This document shows, in pieces, positions 1 through 8,926 of a stretch of 64,000 bases of DNA. Source of the stretch: an uncultured bacterium (GTDB taxonomy: Bacteria; Omnitrophota; Omnitrophia; Omnitrophales; Abzuiibacteriaceae); NCBI GenBank assembly GCA_964387845.1, contig CAYLXA010000004.1:128001-192000 (forward strand), written 5' to 3'. The notes beneath the pieces were generated by a model. It searched no databases and was not told the origin of the DNA. It saw only the letters and a program-made list of their open reading frames with translations. A program made the translations under genes and the position numbers. Position 1 is the stretch's first letter; every line of letters starts with the position of its first letter.

Positions 1-538
1 GATGGGCAAGCCATACGATTTTTTTGGGGTGGCGGACCAAATAGGCTGGAAATTTGGTTGCGATAACCGCGTCAACTCGTCTCCGGGTATTGATCCGCAC
101 TTTTAAAACAAGCCACAAAATAACATCGATGAGAGTGGACAGGCGGGAAGGGCCGAAACATTGGTGGGGAAAAGTGCACAATTCGGCTTTGAAGCCAGCT
201 TGGTTGAGGTGTAAAACCAGCGCTTCCGCAAGCTCCTCGGCGCCGCCCCGCACGGAAATGACCTGAGGATGAAGAACAACAACTCGAGGAGAGGATGGCC
301 CTGAAAATAATTCAAGATAATGAAGCCATGACTTGGGAAATTGAAAACGCGTCCACGCATTTGGATGAAGAAGTTGTGCCCATAAAAACCAGTAACGTAA
401 CCGGCAAAAGAAAAAAGAGTGTGATAATAGGCGAGTCAAAAGATTGGCAAAATGCCGCCGGTTCCCATCGCGTTGAGCGTTGCGCAATTCCGCTTCATAA
501 TCAATCAGTTCTGGATTTGAGCGGTGAAGTTCTGCCAT
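1..538 (-). CDS. hypothetical protein, 5' part only (ORF runs off left edge); possibly a GT-B glycosyltransferase N-terminal region
   Basis: Hand translation of the minus strand from ATG at 536-538 gives about 179 stop-free codons (MAELHRSNPELIDYEAELRNAQRDG...RVDAVIATKFPAYLVRHPKKIVWLAH) reaching position 1. It is absent from the ORF track because it has no stop inside the window. It sits beside the polysaccharide locus and no SD was seen. Confidence 0.35.
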   Translation of the reverse strand, partial: MAELHRSNPELIDYEAELRNAQRDGNRRHFANLLTRLLSHSFFFCRLRYWFLWAQLLHPNAWTRFQFPKSWLHYLELFSGPSSPRVVVLHPQVISVRGGAEELAEALVLHLNQAGFKAELCTFPHQCFGPSRLSTLIDVILWLVLKVRINTRRRVDAVIATKFPAYLVRHPKKIVWLAH

Positions 539-602
539 GAGATCACAGAAGCGCGTAGAATGCTGGGTTTAGAAAAATCAGCTGAGTGCATTGTGGCATT
601 TT

Positions 603-1649
603 TTAATTTTTACAAAAAAAATTAAACCGATTTTTAAAATTTGAATATATTTTGTTAACCTTTGCAAAAATCCGCGCTTTTATTCCCATGTTTTCAATAC
701 GGTTTTTCATGTATTCTACATGAGTTTTGAGATTTTTCAGATGCAGGAAGTAGTATTGAGTTGTTCCAATCAACGTTAGAAGCTCTATTTCATCCGGGAC
801 AGGTGATTTATTTTCCGGAAGTATTCTACCCCTCTCGTTCGCGGTTAACCATTTCAACAAATCCTGATCGAAGTCGCGGGCCTCAATTAAATCCGGGTTC
901 ACTTTTTTCGATCGGTAGAAGTTTTTCTCAATTACTTGGCTGCTTTTCTGAATATCGTGATTCGTTTTAATGCCCTCATTATTTAAGAATGTGTCTATTT
1001 TTTGGGCGCTCGCTTCAGCGTTTTGCAAAAGTTCATGATGATTCATGATCAGGCATGGCAATCCTTGGGCAACTTGGAGTGCCGAGCGCAAACAAATAGA
1101 CCAGAGCCGAAATGAGAATTTGTGCGGAATTAAAGAGGTCTTATTAAGCGAATCACCAAATTCAACAGGGTCTCGCCAGAGCAAGATGCAAACAGGTTCA
1201 AAATATTTCTGCCACACTGGCAAGGTAAAAGAAAAACGTGCATCTTTAATTGCTATCGGTGCTTTGATGCTGCTAAACATATTTTGAATTTTTTTAATCG
1301 GATCTAAGGCATTTTCAGAAAAGCTTTTACTGGGAGACACGGGGCCTCGGCAGGATGTCCAGCCCCAGTCTTTTGTTGCCGAATCAATTTCTTCATTCGT
1401 CATTCCGATTTGTTGGAATAATTGAGAAAGGGTATTTGGAAGCGATTCGTGAATGATGGTTTCGTTTATTTCAAGGACCGAATTTAATTCAAAATATCCT
1501 CTCGGATTATGCACATCTCCCTTTTTTAATTGATCAGTATCGCCCAAGGAAATACCCAAGCCTGTTAGCACTTCCATGAGCGCGGATGAGCCGCTTCGGG
1601 GCAAGCCCAAAACAAAGATTATTTTTTGCTTTTGACCCGATGTATTCAT
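603..1649 (-). CDS. sulfotransferase family protein
   Basis: The N-terminal P-loop-like PAPS 5'-phosphosulfate motif (KIIFVLGLPRSGSS) and a downstream RDP motif (LLWRDPVE) are typical of bacterial Sulfotransfer-family enzymes. 348 aa with no predicted TM segment. Confidence 0.75.
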   Translation of the reverse strand: MNTSGQKQKIIFVLGLPRSGSSALMEVLTGLGISLGDTDQLKKGDVHNPRGYFELNSVLEINETIIHESLPNTLSQLFQQIGMTNEEIDSATKDWGWTSCRGPVSPSKSFSENALDPIKKIQNMFSSIKAPIAIKDARFSFTLPVWQKYFEPVCILLWRDPVEFGDSLNKTSLIPHKFSFRLWSICLRSALQVAQGLPCLIMNHHELLQNAEASAQKIDTFLNNEGIKTNHDIQKSSQVIEKNFYRSKKVNPDLIEARDFDQDLLKWLTANERGRILPENKSPVPDEIELLTLIGTTQYYFLHLKNLKTHVEYMKNRIENMGIKARIFAKVNKIYSNFKNRFNFFCKN

Positions 1650-1652
1650 TTT

Positions 1653-2777
1653 TTAAATCAGGCCTTTCAATCTTAACTCTTGAGTTGCAATGCCAAATCT
1701 GTCATCCGCCTTTTGAGATTGAGACCATTCAATAAGCTCTTGCATTCCCCGCGCAAAGTTCCAAGCCGGTTTAAAACCGAGCGTTTTCGTGATTTTTGAG
1801 ATATCGGAAAAACAGTGGCGAATATCGCCAGGCCGGAATTTCTTGGTGATTTCAGGGTCAATATTTTTACCCAGAAGGTTGGAAAGTTGCTGCGCGATTT
1901 CAAGAACAGAAATAGCTTTTCCGGTCCCGACATTGAAGGGCTGATAGTCAGCTTTGCTGCTTTCCAGCGCCAGGAGATTGGCGTTTGCAATGTCGTGGAC
2001 CGATACGAAATCGCGGGTCTGCAAACCGTCCTCGTAAATCACAGGGCGATTGCCATTTTTAAGACGGCTCAAAAAAATTGCAGCGACACCGGTGTAAGGA
2101 TTTGACAATGACTGGCGGGGGCCGTAAACATTGAAATAGCGAAGCGCTACCGCCGGAATTTTGTAGGTTTGGCCAATATTGAGAACCATTTCTTCCTGCG
2201 CTTTTTTTGTGAGCGCATAAATTGACGTGCAATCAAACGGTTTAGATTCAGATGTTCCAATCGGCTTGAGATTGCCCCCGCATTTTTGGCAAGGGACCTC
2301 CCAATTTCCAGATGTCATCGCTTTGTCGTCGCGGGCACCAGCAACGGCAGGGCCGCATTTGGGGCATTGGTAAGCTCCTTCGCCGTAGCAGCTCATAGAG
2401 CTCGCGACAATTATTTTTCTGATTCTGTCCCGATACTGATTGACGATTAAATCGAGCAGGTTGGCGGTTCCGCCAATATTAACATCGGTATAATGTTTGA
2501 CCTGATATTGAGATTGGCCGACACCTACCGCAGCAGCCTGATGGCATACAGCATCAATGCCGGCCAGTGCTTTTTTGAGCGATTCCGTGTCGTCAATATT
2601 ACCGCGGACATATTCAGCATTTGTATTGGCCCAGGCGGGCAGTTCCCCCGAATTGTGAACTTGAGGATCCAGATTGTCTAAAACTCTGACGTGGTAGCCC
2701 TTTGAAACCAAAAGGTCAACTATATGAGATCCAATAAAACCGCATCCGCCTGTTATTAGTATGTTTTTAACCGCCAC
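1653..2777 (-). CDS. NAD-dependent epimerase/dehydratase (extended SDR) with Cys4 zinc-ribbon insertion
   Basis: A Rossmann GxxGxxG (ILITGGCGFIGSHIV) and catalytic YxxxK (YALTK) are present. A roughly 40-aa insert CPKCG...CQKCGG lies between the Ser and YxxxK regions. Confidence 0.8.
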   Translation of the reverse strand: MAVKNILITGGCGFIGSHIVDLLVSKGYHVRVLDNLDPQVHNSGELPAWANTNAEYVRGNIDDTESLKKALAGIDAVCHQAAAVGVGQSQYQVKHYTDVNIGGTANLLDLIVNQYRDRIRKIIVASSMSCYGEGAYQCPKCGPAVAGARDDKAMTSGNWEVPCQKCGGNLKPIGTSESKPFDCTSIYALTKKAQEEMVLNIGQTYKIPAVALRYFNVYGPRQSLSNPYTGVAAIFLSRLKNGNRPVIYEDGLQTRDFVSVHDIANANLLALESSKADYQPFNVGTGKAISVLEIAQQLSNLLGKNIDPEITKKFRPGDIRHCFSDISKITKTLGFKPAWNFARGMQELIEWSQSQKADDRFGIATQELRLKGLI

Positions 2778-2789
2778 AGAGCCCCGCTT

Positions 2790-3830
2790 CTAGTGTTTGA
2801 ATAATCGGCGATTTTGATGTGCCCAGTCCACCAAACGTCCCACGCCCGTTTCGGGAGAAACGGATGGCTGCCAACCGATTAGTTTTTTAGCTTGTTGAAT
2901 GTTCGAAATGTATACTTTTTGGTCTGATGGACGCCAGTCGGAGAAGCGGATTTTGAGCCGGCCGGTTTTGGTTTGAAGCAAATCAAGCAATTCCAACAGC
3001 GAGAGCGTGAATTTAGAGCCTCCGCCGATGTTTAAAACCACGTGACGCTGCTTGCTTTTTAAAAACAAATCGTAGGCATGAATCAAATCGTCTACCCAAA
3101 GCACGTCGCGCACCTGCTTGCCGTTTCCATAAATAGTAATCGGCTGGCCGGTGAGCGCAGCAATGGCGAACCAGGATACCCAGCCCTGATCCTCAACGCC
3201 GAACTGCCGGGTTCCGTAAATACACGACATTCGGAAAACGCCGACTTTAAGTCCGTAAAGCCGCGCATAATCCTGCGCGTAAAGATCGGCTGTCAACTTT
3301 GAACATCCATAAGGCGTATGCTTGCACAAATCAACACCAAAATTTTCAGGGACGCCGTTTCGAAATTTCCCCGAGAAAACATAGCGGGTTTTTAGCTCCT
3401 TTATTCCGATCGTATTCACATTCTCGCCATATACTTTATTGGTCGAGCAAACCACGACAGCAGGTTTTGATTTGGATTGACGCGCTGCCTCCAGGACATG
3501 GAATGTGCCTGTGGCATTTACCCGAAAATCGGTGATCGGATCGAGGACAGATGAGGTGACGGCAGTTTGTCCTGCTGTATGAATAATGGCATCCGCATTT
3601 CTTGCAAGAGACTTAACGGTATCAAAATCTAAAATACTGCCTCGAACTCGTTTGATATTGGAAAACCGCGATAAATATTCCCAATTATAAGCAGCGCCCG
3701 TTTTTTTCTTTTTCATCAATTTTTCGCGTGAAAGATTATCGAGAGCTACGACAGAATGCTTTCTTTTTGCGTAATATTCGCACACGTGGCTTCCGACAAA
3801 TCCGCTGCCGCCTGTTACCAGAATTTTCAT
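2790..3830 (-). CDS. NAD-dependent epimerase/dehydratase (CDP-paratose 2-epimerase/Tyv-like SDR)
   Basis: MKILVTGGSGFVGSH...LDNLSR are Rossmann motifs. The start is placed at the internal ATG (MKIL) at 3830, abutting the upstream gene, because the 14-codon N-terminal extension of the track ORF lacks support. Confidence 0.75.
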   Translation of the reverse strand: MKILVTGGSGFVGSHVCEYYAKRKHSVVALDNLSREKLMKKKKTGAAYNWEYLSRFSNIKRVRGSILDFDTVKSLARNADAIIHTAGQTAVTSSVLDPITDFRVNATGTFHVLEAARQSKSKPAVVVCSTNKVYGENVNTIGIKELKTRYVFSGKFRNGVPENFGVDLCKHTPYGCSKLTADLYAQDYARLYGLKVGVFRMSCIYGTRQFGVEDQGWVSWFAIAALTGQPITIYGNGKQVRDVLWVDDLIHAYDLFLKSKQRHVVLNIGGGSKFTLSLLELLDLLQTKTGRLKIRFSDWRPSDQKVYISNIQQAKKLIGWQPSVSPETGVGRLVDWAHQNRRLFKH

Positions 3831-4597
3831 TTGGCTTCCTTCATTTTCTGAAAATTTGCATAAGCAGCACAAGTCGTTTCAATTGAGTTGTCCATAACTA
3901 ATTTCCCATTTTGAATTAAAAGCCCGCGCTTACAGTGTTTCTTTAGTTGTTCAGCCGAATGGGAAATTAAAATCAGCGTTCTGCCGGATTTTTTGATTTC
4001 CTCAAACTTGGCGTGGCATTTAGACTGAAAATGCTGGTCGCCGACTGCTAAAATTTCATCTGCAAGCAGAATATCAAAATTGGAATGAATGGCAACCGAA
4101 AAACCAAGCCGGACGTACATGCCGGAGGAATATTGCTTGATCGGGGAGTCTATGAATTGTTCGAGTTCTGAAAAAGCTACGATCTCGTCAATTTTTTGGG
4201 TAATTTCTTGTTTGGACATGCCAAGGATGACGCCATTTAAGAAAACATTCTCGCGTCCCGTCAGTTCCGGATGAAAACCGGCACCCACTTCAATCAAAGG
4301 CGCAATCCGCGCCGCCGCTAATACTTTTCCGCGCGTCGGTTTTGTTACATTGGCGATTAATTTCAGCACCGTTGTTTTTCCGGCACCGTTGGGGCCTAAA
4401 ATTCCGACCGATTCGCCCGGTTGAACGGCAAACGAAACATCACGGAGAGCAAAGAACCTCTCGTCCCGGACCGGGTTCCCGAGCAAGGTTTTCCACGCCC
4501 GGTCAATCCACCGGTTCATGCTGGTAGAAAGCGCCGAAAAGTTTTCACGCCTCAAACGATATTCTTTATCTACATGGTCAAATGTAATGACGGCCAT
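3827..4597 (-). CDS. ABC transporter ATP-binding protein, polysaccharide/O-antigen-type exporter (Wzt/TagH-like)
   Basis: Walker A GPNGAGKTT, an ABC signature (YSSGM) and Walker B LLADE are present. The start codon overlaps the stop of the Wzm-like permease. Confidence 0.8.
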   Translation of the reverse strand: MAVITFDHVDKEYRLRRENFSALSTSMNRWIDRAWKTLLGNPVRDERFFALRDVSFAVQPGESVGILGPNGAGKTTVLKLIANVTKPTRGKVLAAARIAPLIEVGAGFHPELTGRENVFLNGVILGMSKQEITQKIDEIVAFSELEQFIDSPIKQYSSGMYVRLGFSVAIHSNFDILLADEILAVGDQHFQSKCHAKFEEIKKSGRTLILISHSAEQLKKHCKRGLLIQNGKLVMDNSIETTCAAYANFQKMKEAK

Positions 4598-5379
4598 TAG
4601 ACGTAGTCCGCAAAATGAGGTTCTAGTTTTTTAAAAATCAAATAAGCCGCAACGAAGATGATCACGGAAATTACGGCCGAAACCGCCAAAAAATACCAAT
4701 TCGGCTCAATGCCGCGGACCAAAACACAGCGATAACCGTGAACGATGCCGGCCATCGGGTTCAAAATCAGAATTTGCTGCAAGTGCGGGCGGATATTTTC
4801 CAGCGGATAAATCACCGGCGTTGCGAACATCCAAATTTGCACGATATTGGCCAAAGCATTTCGCACATCGCGATAGAAAACATTAAGCGATGCAAACAGC
4901 AGTGTAATTGCAATTGTTAATAGAAGCTGCAGGCAACAAATGAACGGAAGTAAAAAAATCCATCCCGAAATTTGAATTTTGAAAACAAACATCAGCGCAG
5001 CAAGCAGGATAAATGAAATCAAGAAATCAAAAAAGCAGGCCAAAATGGACACGAGAGGGAAAATCACTCTGGGAAAATAAATTTTCCGGACCAGATCGCC
5101 ATTGGAGACGATGCTTGGAATCGCGGTAGTCAATGAATTGGCGAAAAACATCCATGGAATAAATCCGGCCAGAAAGAATACGGGATAAGGAATGTCGCCT
5201 GTGGGCATTTTGACAATTTTGGTGAATATTGCGGTGAATAAAATCACCATGACGGCGGGCTGGAACAGTGCCCACAGAATACCGAGAGCAGACTGTTTAT
5301 AACGGACCTTAATTTCGCGTCCGGTTAACAGTTCGATTAACTCCCGATATCGAACGATGTCTTTTGCTAAATGAAGCAT
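4597..5379 (-). CDS. ABC-2 type transporter permease (Wzm-like)
   Basis: A 260-aa protein with six hydrophobic segments, typical ABC-2 architecture, translationally coupled to the ATPase. Confidence 0.8.
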   Translation of the reverse strand: MLHLAKDIVRYRELIELLTGREIKVRYKQSALGILWALFQPAVMVILFTAIFTKIVKMPTGDIPYPVFFLAGFIPWMFFANSLTTAIPSIVSNGDLVRKIYFPRVIFPLVSILACFFDFLISFILLAALMFVFKIQISGWIFLLPFICCLQLLLTIAITLLFASLNVFYRDVRNALANIVQIWMFATPVIYPLENIRPHLQQILILNPMAGIVHGYRCVLVRGIEPNWYFLAVSAVISVIIFVAAYLIFKKLEPHFADYV

Positions 5380-5380
5380 A

Positions 5381-6526
5381 TTAATTTAACGCAGATTTTA
5401 GAATTGCCGACAAATCCCGGCTAAGGCAATTCAGGTTCGCATTTTGCTGATAAATTTGGTAGCCTTTTTCAGCTATTTTATCGGCAAGTTTGGGGTCGTT
5501 TTTCAAGGTAATAATCGCATGCGCAAGCTCCCCGGCATCGCCCGGGGTGACAAAATAAATGCTATCCATGTCGGTCAGCAGTTCTTCAACAGCTTTGGCG
5601 CGTCCCGTGACGACCGGTTTTTTGACGGCGAGAGCTTCGAAAATTTTATTCGGAATTACGCGGTTGCGTTTTTCTGAAGTTCCAAAAACGCCCAGGCATA
5701 AGTCGCTTTCCTGCAGCAGAGAAGGGACCTGGGCATAATCCATCCAGCCCCGAAGGCGCACATTGGCCATGTTGAGCTCTTTCACCTTTGCCTGCATTTC
5801 GTAGTAAAGCTGGCCGGTTCCGACAAGGTCAAAAGTAATATCGCGCTCTGTTTCCAATATTTTTGCCGCACCCAATATGACGTCGACGCCATGGAACGGC
5901 GTAAATTTCCCGCAGAAAACGACTCGGTAAAATTGGTCACGGCGTTTTGGCGCCGAAGGTTGAAATAGAGTGTCGTCAGCACCGATCCACAGCCGCGCGA
6001 AACGCTTTTCGGGAATCTGGAAATTATGCGAAAAATAGTCTATATGCTGCCGAGTATCCAAAATAATTTTATTGGCAAATTTGCAAGCAGTTTGATCAAT
6101 TTCCCGAATCAGTGCGGCAAACAGCGATTTTTCCGAGATGAGTTTTCGGTCGTTCACGATTGTATCGTATAAAGAAATGAAAGCGTCAAATACGATCCTC
6201 TTGCGGCGCAGAAACGTCAGCCATTTAACGGCTAGAACGTCGAGATGGCCCGGAAAGCCGATCAGCACCAAATCATGATTTTGGATAAACAGGTACCGCC
6301 ACATCAATTGAAGATTGGTAATCAAGATCTTAACGATCCGCCGAATCATTTTCCAGATACTTTTAAACTCTCCGGTTTTATGTTCTTCCGAATCCCATAA
6401 AGGTGCGTGGCACTCGATCACTTCGATTTGAGCTGCTTGCATGGTTTTCAGGAGTGTCTGATTTCGGGGATAATTTCGCTCGTAAGTCCCAAAAAAACAA
6501 ACGCGCATATTATTCCGATTCTTCAA
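5381..6526 (-). CDS. glycosyltransferase family 4 (GT-B, retaining)
   Basis: A 381-aa protein with a C-terminal GT1/GT4-like region (E..G.PVV..R motif neighbourhood). The start may instead be the second Met (MRVCFFG, about 6508). Confidence 0.7.
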   Translation of the reverse strand: MKNRNNMRVCFFGTYERNYPRNQTLLKTMQAAQIEVIECHAPLWDSEEHKTGEFKSIWKMIRRIVKILITNLQLMWRYLFIQNHDLVLIGFPGHLDVLAVKWLTFLRRKRIVFDAFISLYDTIVNDRKLISEKSLFAALIREIDQTACKFANKIILDTRQHIDYFSHNFQIPEKRFARLWIGADDTLFQPSAPKRRDQFYRVVFCGKFTPFHGVDVILGAAKILETERDITFDLVGTGQLYYEMQAKVKELNMANVRLRGWMDYAQVPSLLQESDLCLGVFGTSEKRNRVIPNKIFEALAVKKPVVTGRAKAVEELLTDMDSIYFVTPGDAGELAHAIITLKNDPKLADKIAEKGYQIYQQNANLNCLSRDLSAILKSALN

Positions 6527-7448
6527 GAACCGAATACTCGATTTCGCTCTTTTTTTGGCCGAGCGTGATCATTTCTGCCAATAGCCCAGTCGAGAAAAAT
6601 TGAATGCCGACAATGGTCAGCAAAACACCGAGGAAAAGAAGCGGATAGCGGCTTTGGATATTGCCGTAAACAACACGCAAATAGAAAATGTAGTAGTTAA
6701 TCGAAAGGCCGAGAATGGTTAGAGTCAAGCCGATGGTTCCGAAAAAGTGGGATGGTTTTTTAGTGAACCTTGTCAAAAAAGTAACGGTCAATAAGTCCAA
6801 AAGGCCGTGAATGATGCGCTCGGAGCCGTACCGCGACCTTCCGTATTTGCGCGGGCGGTGATTGACCTTAATTTCGGCAATCCTGAAGCCGCGCTGAGCC
6901 GCAAGCAAGGGAATGTAGCGGTGAAGTTCGCCGTAAATATGCAGTTCCTTCGTGACAGCTTTCCGATATGCTTTGAAGCCGCAATTAAAATCATGAATCC
7001 GGATACCGCTGACTTGCGAAGTGATCATGTTGTAAATTCTTGACATCACGACTCTTAAGGCCGGATCTTTGCGCCTGTGTTTCCAGCCGGAAACCACATC
7101 GAAACCTTCATTGATTTTTTCAATCATGTTTGAAATTTCAGCCGGGTCATCTTGCAGGTCGCCGTCCATCGTAATCACGATGTCGCCAATGGCGGCTTTA
7201 AAGCCGGCCGAAAGCGCAGCGGCTTTTCCGAAACGGGTGCGTAGGCGAATCCATTTGATATTGGAATCTTTCTGGCGCGCCTGCCGGATGGCGTCGATCG
7301 TTGCGTCTTTACTGCCGTCATCGATAAAAATAATTTCGTATGACGATCGAAGCGGTTGAAGGACTGTGCGAATTTCACCAGCAAGTTCAGGAATGCTGGC
7401 GGCTTCGTTGTGGACCGGAACAATAATCGATAAATTGAGTGATTTCAT
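6510..7448 (-). CDS. GT2 polyprenyl-phosphate sugar synthase (GtrB/ArnC/DPM1-like) with C-terminal TM helices
   Basis: SIIVPVHNE...FIDDGSKD...DGDLQDDP (DXD) are GT-A motifs, and there are two C-terminal TM segments. The start is set at MKSLNLSII (ATG at 7448) rather than the longer track ORF. Confidence 0.8.
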   Translation of the reverse strand: MKSLNLSIIVPVHNEAASIPELAGEIRTVLQPLRSSYEIIFIDDGSKDATIDAIRQARQKDSNIKWIRLRTRFGKAAALSAGFKAAIGDIVITMDGDLQDDPAEISNMIEKINEGFDVVSGWKHRRKDPALRVVMSRIYNMITSQVSGIRIHDFNCGFKAYRKAVTKELHIYGELHRYIPLLAAQRGFRIAEIKVNHRPRKYGRSRYGSERIIHGLLDLLTVTFLTRFTKKPSHFFGTIGLTLTILGLSINYYIFYLRVVYGNIQSRYPLLFLGVLLTIVGIQFFSTGLLAEMITLGQKKSEIEYSVLEESE

Positions 7449-7501
7449 ATGCTGACGGTTTCCTTTATATATCGGCTCAATTTGACGATGATAAAGCAGG
7501 T

Positions 7502-8905
7502 ATGGCGAACATTTTAAGTGAAAAAAAGCTTTCCGGAAAGTTGATTCTTGCACTCATTTTTACGGCTTGCGCCTTGCTCGTGCGGTTTGGCGGTTTGACG
7601 GAACGCCCGGTTTGGTATGACGAAGCCATCACGATTTTTAACGCCCAATCGAGTTTTGAAAGCATTTGGCAGCGGTTTGCCCACGGCAGCAATCCGCCGT
7701 TTGCTTATTTTTTTTATCACGTCTGGCAGAATTTATTCGGCACATCACAACTCAGTTATGAACTTGTATCCGTTGTTTTTGGCACGCTATCGGTTTTCTT
7801 GATTTTCAAAACTGGAAAGCTTCTGTTTGATACCGAAACCGGACTGATTGCCGCCGTCCTGATCGCTTTTTCGTCCTATCATGTCTTTGTTTCGCAGCAA
7901 ATCCGCGGCTACGCGATGGCCTGTTTTTTTGCCTTGTTGTCGATTTATGCTTTGTTCAAATTTTTTAAGTTTTCAAAGCAGCGGGATTTTGTCTTGTGGC
8001 TTGTCTCCGCGGTTTTGATGATGTCGACCCATTTTTATACCGGCTTTCTTTTTGCGGTTGAGGTTTTGGCGTGGCGCATTGCATCAAGCAAGGTTAAGAA
8101 CGGTATTTTATTCTACGCTTGCGGCGGTGCGCTTATTCTATTGGCTGCCATTGCCGGCATTCAGCTCATCCGGATTTTAAACATTTTTCCGTTTTATCCC
8201 CGGCCGCACGCCAGGCTTGGTGATTTAATGCTGGTCTTGCAGAGTGTTTTCTTTTTATCAAAACCGCTTGTGATTGCGTCGGTGCTGCTGGTGATTTGGC
8301 GTTTCAAAGATTTTCGCGGTAACGGCCGGCTTCAGTTTTTGCTGGCATGGTTTGCGGTTTCGCTGGCGGTTCCTTTTGCGATTTCAAGATTTGTGCCGTC
8401 ATTTTTTTACGTACGCTATTACATTTTTACGCATTTGGCGTGGGTTTTGATGACGGCCTTTGCAATCCGTCAAATTCCGCGCGGTACGGTCCGGCTTCTT
8501 GCGGTTGCGGCGTTTGTATTTTTCCTAAGCTTTATGATTGCGGATTATTATCAAGAATCGCGCGAAAAATCAAAGTTTAAAACCGCCATTGAAATGATTG
8601 CCCAAGACTACCGGGAAGGTGACGTAATCGTGCATGAAAACGGCTGGACATTCGGGACTTCTTATTATTATCACAGCGGGAAATTGCCTGAATTTTATTT
8701 GACTGATGAATTTGCGGTGCCGACGCTTGAGCGCTTTAAGATTTCGCCCGAAAAAATCCAAAACTACAAGCGCATGTGGCTTGTCCTGGAGCGGCCCGAA
8801 AGCGTTCCGATTATTGAGTCTTTTCCGTGGTATCAAAATCTGCTAAAACAGATGGTGAAACAGATGCCGGAATTTCAGCTCTATCTGTTTGATTTAAACA
8901 GGTAA
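7502..8905 (+). CDS. GT-C family membrane glycosyltransferase (ArnT/PMT-like, GT39/GT83-type)
   Basis: An N-terminal multi-TM region with a DE motif in the first loop (WYDEAI) and a C-terminal soluble domain. It is divergent from the GtrB-like gene. The start is chosen at MANIL (7502) because the 7439 start would overlap the divergent gene. Confidence 0.7.
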   Translation: MANILSEKKLSGKLILALIFTACALLVRFGGLTERPVWYDEAITIFNAQSSFESIWQRFAHGSNPPFAYFFYHVWQNLFGTSQLSYELVSVVFGTLSVFLIFKTGKLLFDTETGLIAAVLIAFSSYHVFVSQQIRGYAMACFFALLSIYALFKFFKFSKQRDFVLWLVSAVLMMSTHFYTGFLFAVEVLAWRIASSKVKNGILFYACGGALILLAAIAGIQLIRILNIFPFYPRPHARLGDLMLVLQSVFFLSKPLVIASVLLVIWRFKDFRGNGRLQFLLAWFAVSLAVPFAISRFVPSFFYVRYYIFTHLAWVLMTAFAIRQIPRGTVRLLAVAAFVFFLSFMIADYYQESREKSKFKTAIEMIAQDYREGDVIVHENGWTFGTSYYYHSGKLPEFYLTDEFAVPTLERFKISPEKIQNYKRMWLVLERPESVPIIESFPWYQNLLKQMVKQMPEFQLYLFDLNR

Positions 8906-8926
8906 AGCTTCTATAATGTCGCCCTT

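Noticed and set aside
7439-7501. Longer N-terminus (MISYADGFLYISAQFDDDKAG) for the GT-C transferase starting at 7439
   Set aside because: It would overlap the divergent GT2 gene start at 7448, and the MANIL start at 7502 precedes the first TM helix as expected. Similarly, the extended starts of 2790..3872 and 6510..7553 were trimmed to internal ATGs that abut neighbouring genes.
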